Shown piece after piece: positions 59,554 to 64,000 of a DNA stretch of 64,000 nt (position 1 is its first letter; every line of letters starts with the position of its first letter). The stretch covers positions 806,001-870,000 of the forward strand of contig OZ025804.1 in the NCBI GenBank assembly GCA_964019425.1, read 5' to 3'. The DNA is from Flectonema sp. DT1601 (Eukaryota). The translations under genes were made by a program, and so were the position numbers. The notes under the pieces were generated by a model. That model had not been told where the DNA came from and ran no database searches. It worked only from the letters and a program-made list of their open reading frames with translations.

Positions 59554-62445
59554 ATGAATTCGATTAGAGGAATCCACAGAAAATTAATATCCAACGAAAC
59601 ATACTGCTTCATAGTAGGAAGAGATTATGATACTTTTGCTCTCCGAAGAACTAAGACACATTCAAAACAAAGGATTAGTAAAGGTGATGACGAAGCCCGC
59701 ATTGGATTCGAAGTTGGTACTCTCATGGGAGGTCTGATGGGTGTTGGTGTTATATTTTATTTTATTGACTCAGCAAGTGCTGCTAGAGCAAGACTAACAG
59801 GACAAGGAGCATCCTATGGTCAGATCATTTGGCCTAACCTCGTTGATACACTAAAAGACAGTATAGGAGATGACGAAGAGACAAGACAACGACTCCAATC
59901 GGTGAAATTCACAAACGAGAAACTCGCCTTTGCATGTCTAATGGCCTTCAGCATGTTTAGATCAAGCCGAGTATATTGGAATCGCAGATGGGGAGACATA
60001 GAGTGGCAACGTTCTGTTATATACATGCCTTGGTATTCATGTGTTGGTTTAGCATTATACGTACCTGCTGCAGCCTCTGGTCTTCCAAGCATAGCAGCGT
60101 ATGCCTACAGTAATAGAGAATACGCATCTGAGTATCTACCTCTTCTTCTTAGTCCAAAAGAATTACTTTCTCGGTCATTAGATTCAGTAAAGGTATTGTT
60201 TTTTTTTTTTTTTTTAAATTATCTAGAATTCTTATTCTAGAATCTTGTTCTGATTCAGTTCTTGAGAAGAGCCTGCTGTCGCACTCAAAAGGGAGGTCTA
60301 TAACACATCTGACTTGTCTTGTACTCTCAGATGACACCTACTTGCCCAAGACATTCACATTAGTGTACGTTACTGACTGCCTGATTCAGTTCTTTGGAAG
60401 AGCCTGCTGTCACACTCAAAAGGGAGGTCTATAACACATCTGACTTGTCTTGTACTCTCAGATGACACCTACTTGCCCAAGACATTCACATTATTGTACG
60501 TTACTGACTGCCTGATTCAGTTCTTTGGAAGAGCCTGCTGTCACACCCAAAAGGGAGGTCTATAACACATCTGACTTGTCTTGTACTCTCAGATGACACC
60601 TACTTGCCCAAGACATTCACATTAGTGTACGTTACTGACTGCCTGATTCGGTTCTTTGGAAGAGCCTACTGTCACACTCGAAAGGGAGGTCTATAACACA
60701 TCTGACTTGTCTTGTACTCTCAGATGACACCTACTTGCCCAAGACATTCGCATTATTGTACGTTACTGACTGCCTGATTCAGTTCTTTGGAAGAGCCTGC
60801 TGTCACACTCAAAAGGGAGGTCTATAACACATCTGACTTGTCTTGTACTCTCAGATGACACCTACTTGCCCAAGACATTCGCATTATTGTACGTTACTGA
60901 CTGCCTGATTCAGTTCTTTGGAAGAGCCTACTGTCACACTCAAAAGGGAGGTCTATAACACATCTGACTTGTCTTGTACTCTCAGATGACACCTACTTGC
61001 CCAAGACATTCACATTATTGTACGTTACTGACTGCCTGATTCAGTTCTTTGGAAGAGCCTACTGTCACACCCAAAAGGGAGGTCTATAACACATCTGACT
61101 TGTCTTGTACTCTCAGATGACACCTACTTGCCCAAGACATTCACATTATTGTACGTTACTGACTGCCTGATTCAGTTCTTTGGAAGAGCCTACTGTCACA
61201 CTCGAAAGGGAGGTCTATAACACATCTGACTTGTCTTGTACTCTCAGATGACACCTACTTGCCCAAGACATTCACATTATTGTACGTTACTGACTGCCTG
61301 ATTCAGTTCTTTGGAAGAGCCTACTGTCACACCCAAAAGGGAGGTCTATAACACATCTGACTTGTCTTGTACTCTCAGATGACACCTACTTGCCCAAGAC
61401 ATTCACATTAGTGTACGTTACTGACTGCCTGATTCAGTTCTTTGGAAGAGCCTACTGTCACACTCGAAAGGGAGGTCTATAACACATCTGACTTGTCTTG
61501 TACTCTCAGATGACACCTACTTGCCCGAGACATTCGCATTATTGTACGTTACTGACTGCCTGATTCAGTTCTTTGGAAGAGCCTACTGTCACACTCGAAA
61601 GGGAGGTCTATAACACATCTGACTTGTCTTGTACTCTCAGATGACACCTACTTGCCCAAGACATTCGCATTATTGTACGTTACTGACTGCCTGATTCAGT
61701 TCTTTGGAAGAGCCTACTGTCACACTCGAAAGGGAGGTCTATAACACATCTGACTTGTCTTGTACTCTCAGATGACACCTACTTGCCCAAGACATTCACA
61801 TTAGTGTACGTTACTGACTGCCTGATTCAGTTCTTTGGAAGAGCCTACTGTCACACTCGAAAGGGAGGTCTATAACACATCTGACTTGTCTTGTACTCTC
61901 AGATGACACCTACTTGCCCAAGACATTCACATTATTGTACGTTACTGACTGCCTGATTCAGTTCTTTGGAAGAGCCTACTGTCACACCCAAAAGGGAGGT
62001 CTATAACACATCTGACTTGTCTTGTACTCTCAGATGACACCTACTTGCCCAAGACATTCACATTAGTGTACGTTACTGACTGCCTGATTCAGTTCTTTGG
62101 AAGAGCCTACTGTCACACTCGAAAGGGAGGTCTATAACACATCTGACTTGTCTTGTACTCTCAGATGACACCTACTTGCCCGAGACATTCATACTAGTGT
62201 ACGTTACTGACTGCCTTGTTGTTGCCGGTTCTTTGTTCTAATTCAAGTCTTTAATATGTTTAACTTCACCGCCTAGTACTATTTAGTTTAAAATAAGACA
62301 CAAAAAAAAAAAAAAAAAAATACAGCATGCCTTTCTGACGTGGATGTTAAGTGTATTTGCTATTAGTTATGCATTGTTGCCTGTTATGGTGTTGGGCTCT
62401 AGAACTTCTATGTGGTGGGCAGCAAGAAGAGCTTCTGGGATATGA
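59554..62445 (+). CDS. Multi-pass membrane protein; exons 59554-60192, 62326-62445 (intron hosts array 3)
   Basis: Donor AAG|GTATTG at 60193, acceptor TACAG ending 62325; phase 0 join gives DSVK-HAFLTWMLSVFAISYALLP...GI*. Confidence 0.72.
60250..62215 (+). ncRNA. Array 3: 15 x 131-bp tandem repeat, each with a candidate single-hairpin box AGA RNA (H3, first copy about 60291-60354)
   Basis: GGGAGGT/ACTT(G)CCC basal stem, pocket, CATCTGA/TCAGATG upper stem, AGA 15 nt from the upper-stem base. The tandem repeat is certain; the RNA call is inferred. Confidence 0.7.
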
Positions 62446-62635
62446 TGATGTTGTTTATTTGATACGATCTGTTGGTCAACCATCTGATATTTCTTTTTAT
62501 AGAACTGATATTCACGTTGAAAAAAAAAAAAAAAAAAACTGTGATCTATATTACGTTGTTATTCTTCTATGTTCTGTTGATCTGTCGTATTATCATATGA
62601 TTAATATAGAAGGGGGGAAAAAAAAGAAGAAAAAA

Positions 62636-63667
62636 ATGTCTTTTCCAATTTACATAAGACATCTCGATGGTGAAACAAAGTCATTTAATATACAAGTTGG
62701 TTGTGATGTAGAAACCGTTAAAAACCTTCTTGAAGAAGAGAATGCTTCGTTTGATCTATTGCACGCGGGAGAACTATTGTGTGAAAGTGACTTGGAACCA
62801 AATGTCGAACTAGATATGGTCGTTAATAGATTGTACTTGGCAGAAAAACGAGTTGAAAGTCTTATTTATTATGAAGGAAGCGGGTATTGGGAACAGGGAC
62901 ACGCTCTTCCTGATAATCAGCAATCACAGGTGGGTTGCGGATGTGTCGAATTCCCATCTCCGACAGACATCAATATAAATATGATGCCATTCATATTCGG
63001 TGATGATACAACAATACCAGAACAGTACAGAGGATATATTCCTTTGATATATAACTGTTGGAACGTAACAAACGGCTCCATATGTTATCTAACCATCGAA
63101 GAATCGTTAGTTAAATCAGGTCTTTCGCAACGAAGACCAGGTCTTCACATTGAAACCCCAGGAAACATTCAAAATATACATCCAAAACACAGACTAGGAG
63201 GCGGAAGTAATCCAAGACTATGTTGGGGTGAAGGTTACATGCAAGACCACTGTTATGATGGAATTTACATGGCGTCTTCCGTATCAGACTCTTGTAAATT
63301 ATATAATGTTGTTATTCGGAATGAAGAATTAACAAAGTCGGGTGTTATTGGCCAACACGGCGACGTTTCTCATATATCTCATGAGATTAACTTAGCTTGT
63401 AAGAAACGTGATGAATTAGTAGAAGATTATCGGTCTTACTGTGAAACTGATTCAATAATTGTAACTAAATCTAATAAATTATATTGGCTCACTGATCGAA
63501 CTCCCCACGAGTCCCTTCCTCTAAAGGAGGATACGTATCGACAGTTCTTCAGACTTGTTACGCAAAATATCTCTGTTTGGTTTGAAGACCACAGTACTGC
63601 GAATCCTCTGGGAATTAAACCGCCACCTGAAGTTATTATTTTAAAGGGTGACAAATTCGTTGAATAA
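62636..63667 (+). CDS. Ubiquitin-like N-terminus plus possible 2OG-Fe(II) oxygenase-like domain
   Basis: MSFPIYIRHLDGET Ubl-like start; RRPGLHIE ... TPHES ... RQFFRL resembles HxE...H...R ligands. Confidence 0.55.
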   Translation: MSFPIYIRHLDGETKSFNIQVGCDVETVKNLLEEENASFDLLHAGELLCESDLEPNVELDMVVNRLYLAEKRVESLIYYEGSGYWEQGHALPDNQQSQVGCGCVEFPSPTDININMMPFIFGDDTTIPEQYRGYIPLIYNCWNVTNGSICYLTIEESLVKSGLSQRRPGLHIETPGNIQNIHPKHRLGGGSNPRLCWGEGYMQDHCYDGIYMASSVSDSCKLYNVVIRNEELTKSGVIGQHGDVSHISHEINLACKKRDELVEDYRSYCETDSIIVTKSNKLYWLTDRTPHESLPLKEDTYRQFFRLVTQNISVWFEDHSTANPLGIKPPPEVIILKGDKFVE

Positions 63668-64000
63668 TCAAAGGTGGTCATTTTATTAAAAACTAAGCAA
63701 GCATGCGTCATTAACGTGTCACTAACATCGCCATGTCACAAAAAAAAAATTGAGGATGTGTACACGGTTAAACTTCAGAGTAATCTTTCTTAGTTATTAT
63801 TATTTTCTTTACAGGTTTCAGGGAACCCTTTTTTTTTCTTTTAAAATGTTAATTCAAAAGCAGCACCGTTGCTTCAGCCAAACGGCTGTTGCACTCAACA
63901 CTCATTGCAGAAGGTATACGCCTATGGTATGTTTTCTGTTTCGTGTTTAATTACTTACTTGAGGGTGAAACACAAAATAACCACAAATAACCACAGAAAG

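Overview
Eukaryotic, AT-rich window. About 24 protein genes all lie on the + strand, many with short GT-AG introns. This organisation suggests a euglenozoan, most plausibly a diplonemid (inference). Recognisable genes include an IP3-receptor-like channel (5'-truncated), three tandem RPS17 copies, a sulfotransferase, a SAM methyltransferase, a Na+/Ca2+ exchanger, prefoldin 3, a HAD hydrolase, an LRR-RINT1/Tip20 fusion, ataxin-2/Pbp1 and seryl-tRNA synthetase. The main finding is that three apparent satellite or CRISPR-like arrays (11811-14069, 21576-26523, 60250-62215) resolve into amplified guide-snoRNA cassettes. They contain single-hairpin box-AGA (H/ACA-like) RNAs and a double-guide box C/D RNA, two of them with clear antisense elements to conserved rRNA sites. 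Arrays 1 and 2 share the same three RNAs in shuffled order (about 30, 8 and 12 copies by hand count). Array 3 holds 15 copies of a further AGA hairpin. All three arrays appear to sit in introns. Folds, targets and splice models were derived by eye, and rRNA sequences were recalled from memory, so they need computational confirmation.
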